A DNA stretch of 64,000 nucleotides from the NCBI GenBank assembly GCA_951406725.2, contig OX597827.1, positions 20,274,001-20,338,000 of the forward strand, read 5' to 3'. The position numbers were made by a program, and so were the translations under genes. The notes under the pieces are model-generated. The model was not told where the DNA came from. It made no database searches and saw nothing but the letters and a program-made list of their open reading frames with translations. The stretch is from Octopus vulgaris. Taxonomy: Eukaryota. Numbering within the stretch: the first letter of the stretch is position 1; each line of letters starts with the position of its first letter. Shown here piece by piece: positions 40,901 to 54,100 of this stretch.

Positions 40901-42993
40901 AGTTTAAGTTTTCGGAGTTCACTCTTTGTCTCCCTAACTAAAGCAATGATCATTTGCAACTAAAACTACTAAATCTGATGAAAGAATGAAATATTTCCAA
41001 TTTTATATCTTAATGCAAATGGGTTTTTTCTCTTTTCATTTTAAATTAATTAGCATTAAACTCAAGCAAAAACAAAATCTGTTAATATTGCTTTGAATAT
41101 CTCACACACACACACAAGAAAGGGAGGGGTAGAGTGGTTGGGAAGAGAAAAAGAGGAGGAAGGATGGAGTGGTTAGGAGAAGAGAGAGAGAGAAGAAAAA
41201 AATAAGAGAAAAGGTTATCTTAAACTTTCCATGTTGTGGTAGTAAATGGCACTTATAGCATTCTAGTGTAGAATCTATTGTTTGCACCCATCTGCTAGAA
41301 TAATGCTGCAAAATGGTACAAAATGTGTGATTAATGGGAAGGCCCAGCCCAAGGAAATATCAAACACAAAAGCTGTCTCCATGAAAACTCAGTGGAATAA
41401 AGTTGTGGACAAATCCTAAAGAGTAACTGATTTTGTTTTCTAAGATTGTTGTAAAGACAAAGTGACTGCAGTGATGACGTGTCTGCTCATAGAAACCTCT
41501 TTTTTATGTTGGTAGGAGTTAGGCACAAAAATATGTTGAAATCTGGCACAAAAATATATCTGTCAATTAGAACAGAACTTTCTAATTCATCTTACAGGTT
41601 CATTTATTTTGTTGTATTGAGAGGATCTGTAAAACATCTTGGATATTGTCCTTTCACAATTGTTTAATATGTATGAATAAATGTCGGCTATTTCCTCAAC
41701 TCAATTAAGAGGCCGGCCCTTAATTCCTTTCGTTAGTAAATAAGTCTTCTTTAGTTGCAAATAGAAGTATTTAGATTTTAAGTGTCTACAGACTTTAGTG
41801 AATTGATTGTGCAATAACTTGTAACATTGTATTTGGCAATAAATATTGAAATAGTCAGCAGTGATGAGGGAATAGACATTAAGCTAGTTGGTATAGAATT
41901 TCTGTAAGTAGGGATTAAATAAGGCTCAATTGCATTTGATTTATGTCAGAAACATTTCTCTCTTCAGTAAATTATTACACTTCAAATGTCTCTCTTATGT
42001 TCTGTGAAATTTTTGAAAAGATTTTAAAATAAATATTAATGGAATGGCTCCTTTTAGTCTTTGTAATATCCCCAGAATGTTCAGCAGAATTTGAGCTTAT
42101 CCCACTTAGCAACATTAGAGGTATCTTGAACTTAGTAAGACAACTTACTAAGTTATACTCGTGGAAGGCCTTTCACTTGACACTCATCCCAAATGAATGG
42201 ATGCTTTGGATTCTTTCTCGTCTTCCCCTCAGCACTCACAGCTGGGTAACCTCTTCACAGCAGAAGCTTACTCTCTTTACTGAGGAACACACCTTAACAC
42301 TTGCAATGGAATAGAATTGTAAATCCCGGGATTCCTTGGTAAGGTCGTTAGCTTAATTACTTGGTCAGCTGCTTCTCTTGTTTGAAACAGTTCATTTCAA
42401 GTCCACCATTATTAATTCTTCCTCCCATTCTTTCTGTTAATATGGATTCCCACTGCTAAATTCTATTTTCTTTCTGGATTGTTCACGTGTCTATTAAACA
42501 CTGTTTCGCATATATATTTTATAGTCAGTCTTAAATGACATTGCTAAATCAATAGGGTTCAGAATTTGAAGAAAATTTCTTCTTGTCAAAGACAAAATAA
42601 TTTGTGGATGAGAGAGAGAGAGAGACTAAGTGTTAGTCACAAAGAAAAAAAGCATGATGTATTGACAATTTGTTTCAGAATTAGTTGTCCGTGAAATGAC
42701 TGGAAAGCCATCTTCAGGTGCCGTCCTTGGAAATTACAACTTGATTAAGCTCTAATCTGAAATCGATATCTTTTTCTGATCAAATCTGATTGGTTTATAA
42801 GTCTCAGAAATGAGATGTAAATTTAATTTCACTGACCGTCTCTGATATTAGCTTAATTTCCCAAGTGACTCTTTCTCTCGTCTTTTGTTTTCTCATTGCA
42901 CAGTTTCGTGAAACCCCTATAAAATAGGTGTTCTTTGCTCTGTATCCTTTGCTCTGTTTTCCTATAAAATAGATGCTCAATTGTGCTTTTCAG

Positions 42994-43034
42994 ATCATAA
43001 GAAGCGGCTGTCAACCTCAAACCAAGGCGAGTAG
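42994..43034 (+). CDS. hts: Candidate alternative last exon: (D)HKKRLSTSNQGE*
   Basis: Acceptor tgtgcttttcag|; phase-1 reading reaches TAG at 43032-43034; AATAAA at 43247-43252. Confidence 0.4.
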
Positions 43035-45544
43035 AAATATAAAAAACTATAATTCTGTAGATATTGTGATTTGAATATTGAAGTTGTGGAAAGCTTAGTG
43101 TTGTAAACCTTAGTGTTGATATAGTACTGCATATCTATAAATGAATGCACACACACATGCACATAGGTTAAACATGCATATGCATACACACATCGTAGTT
43201 GTTATGTTCAGACTTATGTAGAGGAATAATTACATATTCATTTAAAAATAAACTCGTATATAATTATATATATATGCATTATGCAGCCATGCTTTTAATA
43301 TACATACACACATGCTCAAAAATGAATTAAGCTTTCAGTTACTCTTCTGCTATAAACCCCTCGTTCTCCCCCCCCCCCTCTCTCTCTTTCTCCTTTAGTT
43401 GTTGTCTCTTTATGCCAACTGCTTCCTTTAGAGAACTTTCCTGTCATAATCTGGGAAATATCCATGTAGACAGGGTCAATTTATTTAATCAGAAACTGAA
43501 AAGGACAAAATGTTTCTTGCAGTGGTTACGATTTATCCCCATTTTGTATTTCTTCTAGGACTGCACCACAACCTAGTGGCCATATTCTTTGTCATTGCAT
43601 CTGTCTTTCAATGTGCATGTCTTGACTGTAATATGTACTGCCTCCAACATATGCTTGTATGTGTGCATAATCATGGGTGAATTTGGTTATAGTATTTGCA
43701 GCTTTTTGTAACTCGGTTTACATTCTGGAAGTTCCAACAATATCTGATTGAGTAACCATGAAAGTATGTGGAATTTTGTGTATCTGCAATTCAGTAATTA
43801 ATGGGGGTTGTTTTGTAAAAGTACAAGAGACTGGTTACTTTAATTATTAAATACCTGTAATATACTTGGGAGTCCTATTCCTCTCATAGTCTTGTAGACT
43901 TTTCACAATATTGTTGCTGTATAAATTCTTTCTAATCTGTCTCGATGTCTCTGCTATGATTCAATCTCTTAGACACCAGCGACTTAAAAAAGACAAAAAA
44001 TAAAATAATAAAACCCACCGTTCATCTGAATAATTTTCTTCTTCCAATTGACAAGTCCTGGCTTAGTTTTTGGAACTTCTTTAGAAAAACCCAGAGGTAG
44101 TTGTATTTCCAGATAATGGGGTTTGCAGGTTTAGAAATGTACTATTGAACCTGGTGAAATATTTTGTTATTTATCAAATAAACTCTATGAAACAGATTTT
44201 CTTGATTTTTCTTGAAGTTTTACATTTGAAACTTCTTTGCCCGGTATTTTGGCCAGAAGTAAGACTGGTGTAGTGTGAGCAGGGGTTGAATTTAGTTTAG
44301 TATCAGTGGTTGTTAAGGAGTAGGTGTAGCACCTCCTGGAGGTGAGGGAGGGCCATTGTGAGGTTACTAGGGGCCAGTAACCATCAGGTGGGGGGAATGT
44401 CATAATTTTTCTTATAATTATAAAATATATAAATTAGGTATAACACTACATATTTTAAACAAAAAAAAAATTGTGCATGTTCAGTACATTGTTATGAATG
44501 AGTAGAAACCTGGCTGATAATGTACCAAACATCTAATATAATTCCATAAAGTCTTTATTTTTTTGAAGAAATTTCTATAAAAATTTAACACAGGGGACTC
44601 TCGTCCACCAAATATGTAAAGCAAAGATTAAACCTAAGCCTGTTCATTTGTTTGTATCTTGAGTTGTAAAAGCATTTCTGAAATATTTAAGGCTGTGATA
44701 CTGCTTCTGTCCATGTATTTTACCTTAAAGACTAATTAGATTAATTAAGGATTTCATCTCTCATATATTTCAGCAGCTTACATTGGTTTACTTTCTGCTC
44801 ATTGACTCCTCTTTTCATTACATAATATATATATATATATATATATAAAATGAACTTCCTTGTCGTCGGCTCTGTTCACAAGATTCGTCCTTCTCAACTT
44901 ATCTTCTTAGCCTTCTTGCTGTGTATTTCCTCTCCTCCGAAATCCTCCCTATACAATATCTGTTCCGCTGCCATCAATCAATCTTCAACTTCTTCAATAG
45001 TCTTCTTTGTTGTTTGGTATTTTTTGTCACCCACTTGTGTGTGTTTTTGTTTGTTTGTGTTTACCTTACCTCTATCTTCCTCACGTGAATGTCTCACTAG
45101 ATGTTGTCATCTTTATCGTAATTGTATTAACCCTTTATTTACTATCTTCCCGGCTTCCCCTCCCCTCCCCCCATTCTCTTCAGACCCTTTACTGTGTTGG
45201 TTAAACAGGGCAAATGTCTTTGAAGCAATATTATTCTCTGTTGATTGCATTTTCGGCTTTCTTGAAGTAAGCTGAAAATTGTAAAAGAAATACAGAGTTT
45301 CCCAGTGTTTTTCCTTCCAACTGTTGAATGGTTTGAAATTGAACCATTTTCCTTTTATTTTGGGCTGGTTTTTTTACCTCCATATTAGACAAATTATCAA
45401 ACTAAATTCCAACAAAAGCAAAACGAATGCATCTAACGAAGCCAGTTGCCTGGCTGACTGTCGGTGAATAAAGGGTTAATTTGTCTGTGTTGAATATTTG
45501 TATTGGATCAGCGCAGGCTTTGAAATATGTGATCTTCTTTTCAG

Positions 45545-45588
45545 GAAAGACAGATTTCCCTAAGGAATACCCACATACTGCAGTATGA
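45545..45588 (+). CDS. hts: Candidate alternative last exon: (G)KTDFPKEYPHTAV* (class I PDZ-ligand pattern)
   Basis: Acceptor gatcttcttttcag|; phase-1 reading reaches TGA at 45586-45588; followed by about 3 kb of UTR-like sequence. Confidence 0.5.
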
Positions 45589-46350
45589 ATGGTCTGCTTC
45601 TACTACTACTACTACCTCTTGTTTGTTCTCCTACCTCCTACTTCTATATTACAAAGGAGCCCTAGGGGGCCACAGGGCAGATTGCTTTCTTATCTGGCTT
45701 ACTAATTATAATTATTATTATTATTTTTCCAAATGATTCCTTATTTTTAATGAACTCTTGAACTTGACGACATTCCTCTTTTAACTTTCCTAACTTGGCT
45801 TCTCATGCAACACTGAAGAACTGTTTTCACACCACACAAACACCCCAACACAGATGAAGAAACAACATTAGGAAATCACTATAAAAACTGCTTTAAAAAT
45901 GAAAACAATAAAAAAAACTGAAAGTATTTATTTTATTTTCAATTTCATCTTTTCTTTAAAAAAAAAATATATATACAAGAAAGAAAAAAACCTAAAACAA
46001 AAAGGAACTTAAAACTCTTTTAAAACTGTCTTCGAATGCTTCTCCCTCTGCCTTTTTATTTTTTATTAATGTTTGCTTTTTCGGTGTTACATAGGATTTT
46101 CCAAAATCTGTAGAATTTCTAAATTAATCGAGCCGCATCTTCTAGTTTTGGTTGGGGGAAAGGAAGGGAAGGAGGGTGGTGATGGTACCGATGTCTTTCT
46201 CTCTGCCACCACCATCACACCAGCACCCAACTCCTTTCAATAGTTTTCTTCTGCTCATTCTGCCTCCCCAGAAAATATTCTTTTATTGCTATTTCCTACA
46301 TGGAAATGTAGCATTATTGTGTATATTGCCCAATATTAACACTACCAGAT

Positions 46351-46381
<31 letters not shown>

Positions 46382-46732
46382 TCTGTGTGGGTACATGCAT
46401 GTATGTATACATACATACGCACATGCCTATATATATATGTGTGTGTCTGTGTGAAGCCTGTCTTTGCCATTTAAAAAAAAAACTTGTTAGACTCAGCCTT
46501 TCTCTTCCCCCTCCCCTCCCCCAACACACACACACACACACACTTCTGCCTTTCTCAGTCATTCAGTGCCTCAAATCCTCTCCTCATTGCATTTTCCTTT
46601 CCCTCTGCTTCACTGCGACTAAAGATATGCAAAACCATAAACCATAGTGATCTGTTTGCTTAACAACTTTCTACGTAGGAGTGTATTGTGTGTGTGTGTG
46701 TGTGTGTGTGTATACGTATGTATATATGTTTG

Positions 46733-47292
46733 TATAGAGACAATGGTACAAGTAAACAACCACAACTGCTTGGGTTTGATATACAAAAGATCTGTATATA
46801 TGTACAAAGCAAAGACTGAAACTTTTCAGCCAATGAATATTCAAGTATAAGTATATTTATATATTAACAGAGCAAATGTACACAGTACAAAGACACAGAA
46901 AATTAAAGGGAGAAATATATGCTGTTACAAGTCCAACAGCTGTTTCTGGGGGCTCAGATTTACTTCATAATGTTGGCAGATGTGGTTCACCAGAATATGC
47001 AATCAGTAATTTGCTTCCATTACCAGTTGCATATATTTTTGCGATCTAGATTATGAAGTAAGTCTGAGCGCCCAGAAACAGCTGTCGAACTTGTAACAGC
47101 ATATATTTCCCCCCTTTAATTGCACTCTAAGTTTGCTCTGTTAATATATAAACACCTCTATATTTATGCTTGAATATTCATTGTCTGAAAATGTTCAGTC
47201 TTTGCTTTCTCTCTACTTACATGTGTATATTTGGGATTTTGGATATCTAACTCAAGCAGTTGCATTAGTTTACTTGTATTATTGACTCCATA
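46733..47292. repeat. Long imperfect inverted repeat (fold-back, about 270-nt arms, short loop near 47011-47018)
   Basis: For example gaaatatatgctgttacaagtccaacagctgtttctgggggctcagatttacttcataat pairs with attatgaagtaagtctgagcgcccagaaacagctgtcgaacttgtaacagcatatatttc; several outer blocks also pair. Confidence 0.92.
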
Positions 47293-47519
47293 TCTACTCA
47301 CCTGGATTCCTCTTGTAGCTACTCTTTACCCGATGAACATACCCTTGGGGTAAAGATTTCAGAGTCTAAGTTCAAATCATTGAGCACTACTGTTCTCTGT
47401 ATTGAAAAGCTCTGGATCACATCTGTTGACTGTGTGTGTACGTGTACACATGTATACATACATACACTCTAGGAAAAAGTTGGCAATTAGAACTTAAGGC
47501 TTAGTATGTGTGTATATAC

Positions 47520-47553
<34 letters not shown>

Positions 47554-48657
47554 ATATATTGTCTGGCCCATGCCAGCATGCAAAGTAGACATGAAATTAT
47601 GGTGATATGCGTGTGTATACATATATATATATATATATATGGATGAAGGATGCCAGGTAAACAAACCTGTTACTGCACAGACTACTTGTAATTTACCTGA
47701 TGTAGTCTAGACATGCATAGCCAGTCTGCACCAGGAGTGCCATGAAGATTCATTTGTCAAAGGTAAATTCCACCTTCACTCAATTTCACATTCCTTATTT
47801 GAAAACAAAAAATTGCATGAATTTTTAATATAATTTTGATTCTTTAATATAAAAGTTTGTTACTCCATATATAGACTTGATTCCTGTATATGGATTTGGC
47901 TCTGTACATGGTTCTTGCCCCATGGACCTGGTTCCTTATATATGTAGGGTTCTGCTGATTTCAATTTGTCTCATATTCTCCCAATATTTTGCGCTGAAAT
48001 TCAAAATGTGAAGCAAAAATACACCCCCCCTCCAAAAAAAAAATCAGAAAAAAAAGACAGTTAACAAACAATAGAGAAATTTTTCTTGAATTATTTCATC
48101 AATTCTTTGCCAGCCACCAAAATATGTTGAACAGAATTAGCAAAGAAAACCATTTCTTTTAGTGCTTTTGCTTTTAATTGTTTTAATAATTAAAAAAAAA
48201 AAAGGTTCTCCAATTTACTTAGTTGCTAATTATCGTTATTATTATTTGTATTTTAATGGTAATACGTAGTCAAATATGTGTGTGTTTTTCCAAAACAAAT
48301 TTGTTTACTTTCTAAAAAAAAAAAAGAAAAGAAAAAAGGATTTAAAACCAACACCCTAACCCTCCCACAAAAGGTGCAGAAAAGAGAATTTATATATATA
48401 TATAAAAAAAAAAAAGAAGCAAGTTTCATCTTTTGGTTTTGTTTCAAAACAGCAGCTATTTGTTATGTCTGTTTCACTTTCCTGTGGAGTTTTAGTCTGC
48501 AACTGCACTTTCCCAGATTCTCTCTGCCACTATCAAGGTTTATTTGCCCCATAAACAGGAAAAGAAAGAAAGAAAGAACTAACCAACCTTCTCTTTCCCC
48601 TCCATCCTCCAACTGTCCATGGTATTATTCTTTCTCTATGTAAAGTAAAATGTCTGA

Positions 48658-48663
48658 AATAAA
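48658..48663 (+). terminator. Candidate polyadenylation signal for the 45545 last exon
   Basis: AATAAA followed by GT/T-rich sequence (gaatgtgaatgtcttttcttgtcc) at the end of an A/T-tract-rich, UTR-like region. Confidence 0.4.
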
Positions 48664-50392
48664 GTTTTTAGTATTAACTGTGATCCACACTGGAATGTGA
48701 ATGTCTTTTCTTGTCCTTCTCATTAACAATCTTCATTTAACCAGATTCCATTATTCATTTGTCTTAAAACAACAGAAGAAAAAACCAATGCCACCCTCCT
48801 TTTTAGTCCAAAAAAATATACTTTACAATGTCTCACTGCATTCTGTGTTTACATATTTGCAAATTCTATTCAGTTGTTTATTGTTGTCCCATTATTTTCT
48901 ATTGGCTGTTCATATTCAAGCCTTTTCGGCTTGCTATCATAGGTCACTCTTACAAGATCACCGTTAATGAACTGACCAGCTTTTGGTGTTGCTGCACGCT
49001 TGACCTAACTTCTTCCCGATTCCATTTTATCAGTCAGGCTCGACTATTATCTCTTCCTCTCAAAGTAACTCATTTTTATTTCCTTACCTATTCACTTCTT
49101 TCTTAGACCAGTTTACTCTTAACATATTAATATCCTTTTTTTTTTATGTTTGTACACTGGAATATTAATAGTTTAAAATCTGTTCTTACTCTGAAATAAT
49201 AAAGCCAGGCCATGAAAGAGCTGTAGTGCAACATGCTCATCAAACTTGTTGCAGTACTTATTTGATTCTAATCATGACATTACTGGCATTGAATGGCTTC
49301 CAGGAGATCTTTTTTGAAGCTTTCAAGCCTTCATTTCACAACTGCTAAATCCTTACATTCTTAGTAATAGGTTAACCTGATCTTAAAGTGCTAAAATACA
49401 CACTCACATACTTTTAGGACACATGCGCATATACTTCTGTGCACCAAACATTTTCATGCTCTGTTGGCTAATGAGAAATTATATATAAACTTCCTAAATG
49501 TGGAAAATATTCAACAATGGAAATGTAATTCTCAATATTATAGGTGTGTAAATTTCATGGAAATGATTTCCATATCCTTTATACTGCCAACTTTTATTAT
49601 TACTACTACTACTGTTCCATACATCCATAACCTAATTTTGCTTTAGTCACTGTCTGTGTTTGTGTTGGCACATTTTCTATTTGCCTTTGCACTATATTTT
49701 CATCAGAAATATATTTTTTTAAACTAGTCATGGCATCATCTGTAGTTTATTATTTTCTTCTTCCGTTACAGCAATCAGCCTTGAAAATTTGCTCCCTTAA
49801 ATAAGGTTTTATTTATTCGATATTGATAAAAGGGTTCTGCTAATCACTACATTCAAACTTTCTGTAAAAACTATGGCTAAATAGAAATATTTGGTTTTTA
49901 ACTTGTAATAGTTGCTGGTGCCATTTTCTTATTATATCAGGGTTTTTTTTTTAAGGAGCTGAGCCAATCACTTGCCTTTATCTCGTTTCATAACTTGTCT
50001 TCAGCCAAACATTTAGTGGGGTGAAGTAGGGGCTGAATGTCCCCCAAACACATCTGTGAGATGGCTGTGTGTAGTTTTCTTTAGTGAAGTTGTTACACTT
50101 TTTTTTTGCTCCAAAGACAAGAAGTCCAAATGTTGCAGCCATCTTCTACAATCGAAGTTGTTCTTGATATGTCACCTATCTCTTGCTTATCCCTTTAAAC
50201 TTTGGACTTCACCATTATTCTGGTATCAAAACGAGAAAGATAGCTAGCACTTTGTTCAAAATGAAACCCAAAACCTCCCAAAATAAAAAGGGACTTTCGC
50301 AATTTGTATCCAGCATCTCTGATACATTCGAGAAGGCTTTCATGTTAAAACTTTTGACTTTTTAAGAAATTCTCTTCTAAGTAGATTATTAT

Positions 50393-50530
50393 TATTCTGC
50401 CAAGGTTGACTTTGCCTGTCATCCTTTCAGGGTTGATAAAATAAGTACCGGTTGAGCACTGGGGTCGATGTAATCAACTAGCCCCATTCCCCCCAAATTT
50501 CAGGCCTTGTGCCTATAGGAGAAAGGATTC
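50393..50530 (+). mobile_element. 5'-truncated SINE family 2
   Basis: ttctgccaaggttgactttgcctgtcatcctttc...caaatttcaggccttgtgcct. Confidence 0.8.
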
Positions 50531-50760
50531 TCATTGTTGTTGTTAAACCTTGGTGCTAAATCCTTCTCCTTTATGCCTACTTTTCTATGCCAGCTTGAAT
50601 GAAATGCATTTCGGGTAGTATTTTAGGGTGCATTGGTCTCCACTTACCCTTACCTGTTTTTTAAGTAATGAATTTTATTCCACAGACCTACCAGATAAAC
50701 AAGCCATTACCATCTTGCTCAAACTATCATGCCAAGATGTACAGAATGTAAACACATACA

Positions 50761-50800
<40 letters not shown>

Positions 50801-50875
50801 TGTGTTTACATAATTATAGTTTGTTTATTTGATATTGTGTCACAAATTTGTGTAAGGCACCTATTTCCTATGAAG

Positions 50876-51178
50876 CAGTGGTTTTCAACCATTTTTTTTC
50901 TCTATGGACCCCTAAATTATTTTATTCGGGTGGCCCCTCTCCATAGCTATTCAGTGTATAAAAATTAGTTTTATAGGCACTTCTTTCAAAATTCCTATTT
51001 TGTTTTCCACACATTAACTTGTGTAGGTTGAACCACGTAAAATGATTGGCGAAGAAACCTAGCTAGGTCTTACGATAAATACATCTGAAGCCAAAAAATT
51101 GTTTGAGAACCCATACAATACTGTTGTGGACCCAAAACACTATTTTGCTTTTATATGAACCCCAGTTGAGAACCATTG
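50876..51178. mobile_element. hAT-type MITE
   Basis: TIRs CAGTGGTTTTCAAC / GTTGAGAACCATTG; 8-bp flanks CTATGAAG and CTATAAGG (6/8 identical), consistent with a hAT TSD. Confidence 0.8.
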
Positions 51179-54100
51179 CTATAAGGCTTCTGTCTTAATA
51201 CATCATCCTTATTTCATTGTACACCTAACTTTCTTACTTTGATTGATATGGGGAGAGGTTCAGGGTCAATTGTTGGGAATAAATTTTGGATTTTTTTTTG
51301 TTTTTAAGCTTTGAATATATTTTTAAGAACTGTTATATAGTTGATGTTGTGTGTGTGTGTGTGTGTGTGTAATGTTGACTCTTCATAAAGTATCAGTGGA
51401 AGGAATGTATATATGAAAACTGCGGCCCTAACAGAGCTGCAGCATTAAAGAATGAGGATAAGGGCTAAAGAGAAAATGTGGGGTTGTTGAAAGAAGTGGA
51501 ACATTAGATGACTGACAGTGATGGCTGTGTCATCACATCAGCAATCATAATTGATTAGTATTAGATAGATCTAATTAAACTAAAAATCTTTTAATTAAAA
51601 CTTACATGGAAAAATTTAACTGCTGATTGTCCATGTTAAAACCTGTTTCTTCAGATTTCTTAAATTATTTGTTTCTCTTGCAAGCACCCAGCCTCTTCTC
51701 CTGCACTTGTGGATCATCATGTTTGAATCACTAAACACACATATGCGCGCGCGCGCACACACACACACTGAGGAACCAGACAATCGGTTGCTTTTATTTA
51801 GTGTTACAGTCATTGACATTCAAAGATATACTCATTGCATAGACTTCACTAATGTGCATACACTTGCATGTGTGTGCAACTGTAGATGTGTCTTTGTGAA
51901 AGAAAAACAAAGAAATATCAAAAAAAACTATATGTCCAGAAAAGCTTTCAACTTGATGACATTTCATATTAGTCTCAGCGTCTGCATGTGTGTAGTCTGT
52001 GTCCGTATTGTGTGTGAGACACTGTTGCATGTATTTTGTGTCTGATTATCAACCAATGTCGCAATTCTTTATACAATTATGTTGCATGCCATTATCTGCT
52101 TGCTTCAGACACTTCTCACCTGGTTCAGTGCTGTTATTGCTCTGCCAGCAAACGGTCATCATGGTCATCTTTTCCATACAAAGACTCTTGATTTTTTTCT
52201 TTCTTTTTTCTTGTTGTTGTTGCTCTTGCACTGTTTGGCCCAACTGGCAACGTCACAGTGTCCAGCTGATGCTTTCTCTCCTTCCATGCTTCTTTGTCCA
52301 GCATAACACCGTATTTATCACACAAGCAGTGTTATGCATTTTGTAACTGTGTCCCATGTCAGATTGTATCATCTTGGCTCTATGCCTCCGCAGTGGAATA
52401 CCGACCAATACTGTTCCGTCTTGAACCGCAGAATATATGTTCACCTTCCACACCAGTCGTCATCAAAGGAAAAAGGTTAATAGAGGATGTGATATATGCC
52501 TTACAGACAGACACACACATAATTCTATATGTAAACACGTATGTGTGTGTATGGCTATATATCTCTGAGTGGGAATATTACTTTGGTTGGAAACAAGTGA
52601 GGGTTGGTGACAGGAAGGGCATCCAACCATAGAAAATCTGCCTCAACAAATTCCATCTGATCCATGCAGGCATAGAAAAGTGGAAGTTAAAATGATATGA
52701 CCTCTCTCTCTCTCTCTCTCACATCAAAGAAATGTTAGGTGTGAACAAATGTAAAAGGTTTGTAATTAACTAAATGCTAATTCTTTTTATTTAGTTACTA
52801 GTTGCTAGCAAGGTTTTAAAGGTGTAGCATTTGCAGAAATAACATTTCTGCCTCTCAGTCCCTAATTTTGGTCCCTATTAGTTTCAAGTATCCCAATCAA
52901 CTTGATATCTTTTAAGCTCACTTTTCTGACCTTGATGTTAAATGCTTCACTTTGGGATCAGAGAATTAATATCTGGTTCAACCTTTTAGTATTTGGATTA
53001 CTCTGTTGAATGCTTTGAATTAATCCTGCATTATCTTGTAGCCATCACATTTTAATGGTGTGATTGCTTGTTTTTAGAATGACATTGTAGGGTAGGTGTG
53101 AGAGGCTGGATCTAGCTAGTTTGACAGACAGGATCCAACAAGTCCACAGACTCCCTTATGCTCCAGTGTGTGCTTCAGCCTGATTTCTGTGGCTGGATGC
53201 CCTTCTTGATATCAGTCCCCTTACAGTGTGTTCTGGATGAATTTTGCATGGCACCAGTAGTGGTGGGGGGTCAACATGCCCTTTACAAAACCAAACCCTT
53301 TCAACTGAGTTGGGTTGCAGTAGAAAGGGAGACATGAGGTTAAGGTATGAGAGAAGGGTTAAGAACATGTATGCATGCAGATGTGTGTATATGCGCATGC
53401 ACACACTGGATATTTTCAGTGAAGCCTGTTTATTAGTCTGCAAGAAGACACCAGTTAAGATAAGAACCTCTGGAATATATGTTTGGTTGAGGTTTTCCTT
53501 CAAAGGTGAATCAAGCTAATTCTTGAGAAATGGACACTGCATAAGAATCTGCTTTTTTATAAAACTTTATTTCAATTAATGTGAAATTCTTCTCTCATTC
53601 TTCTCTTGGCATTAAGGAATAAAAAAAAATTCTTTTTCTCTTTCTATCAGTTAATTTACCACTTATAATTCAACAACAACTTGTGCTGTTTTTCTGAATG
53701 ATGCTTAACAAAACTGCTTCTGAATGGGAATATTTTTTGTGGGTTGAAGATCTTGACAGCTTTCAAGAGATAAATCATAAACTGCTTCAGTTAATCTGTT
53801 GGTCAGTCAACAAGCTAATGCAAATGTCCACAACTACTAAAAACATTTGAGATATTTGGGATTTCACTTTAATCCAATGTACAGATTGCAGGGTATCCAG
53901 CTGTAAAATGTTATGTGAAGACATGATGTTTCTTTCTAACCCATGCTGGCATAAGAAAATGGATGTCAAAGGGAAGAAGAAACCAAAGTTTAGAGCGGTT
54001 TTGTATCTCTCTGAAAGGGAATTTTTCAAATAAGCTGAGAAAATATTTTGCTTGCAACCAAGAAGACAATCTTTATCTCAAGTATTTTTTTTTTTCAGCA

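Noticed and set aside
42904-42972. Strong acceptor at 42903 and duplicated CCTATAAAATAG (TATA-like) at 42916 and 42961
   Set aside because: All three frames stop within 24 nt. The duplication looks like a local tandem repeat, with no independent promoter evidence.
44850-45275. 141-aa plus-strand ORF as a standalone gene
   Set aside because: Low-complexity pyrimidine-rich intron sequence; only the 3' end is kept as a candidate exon.
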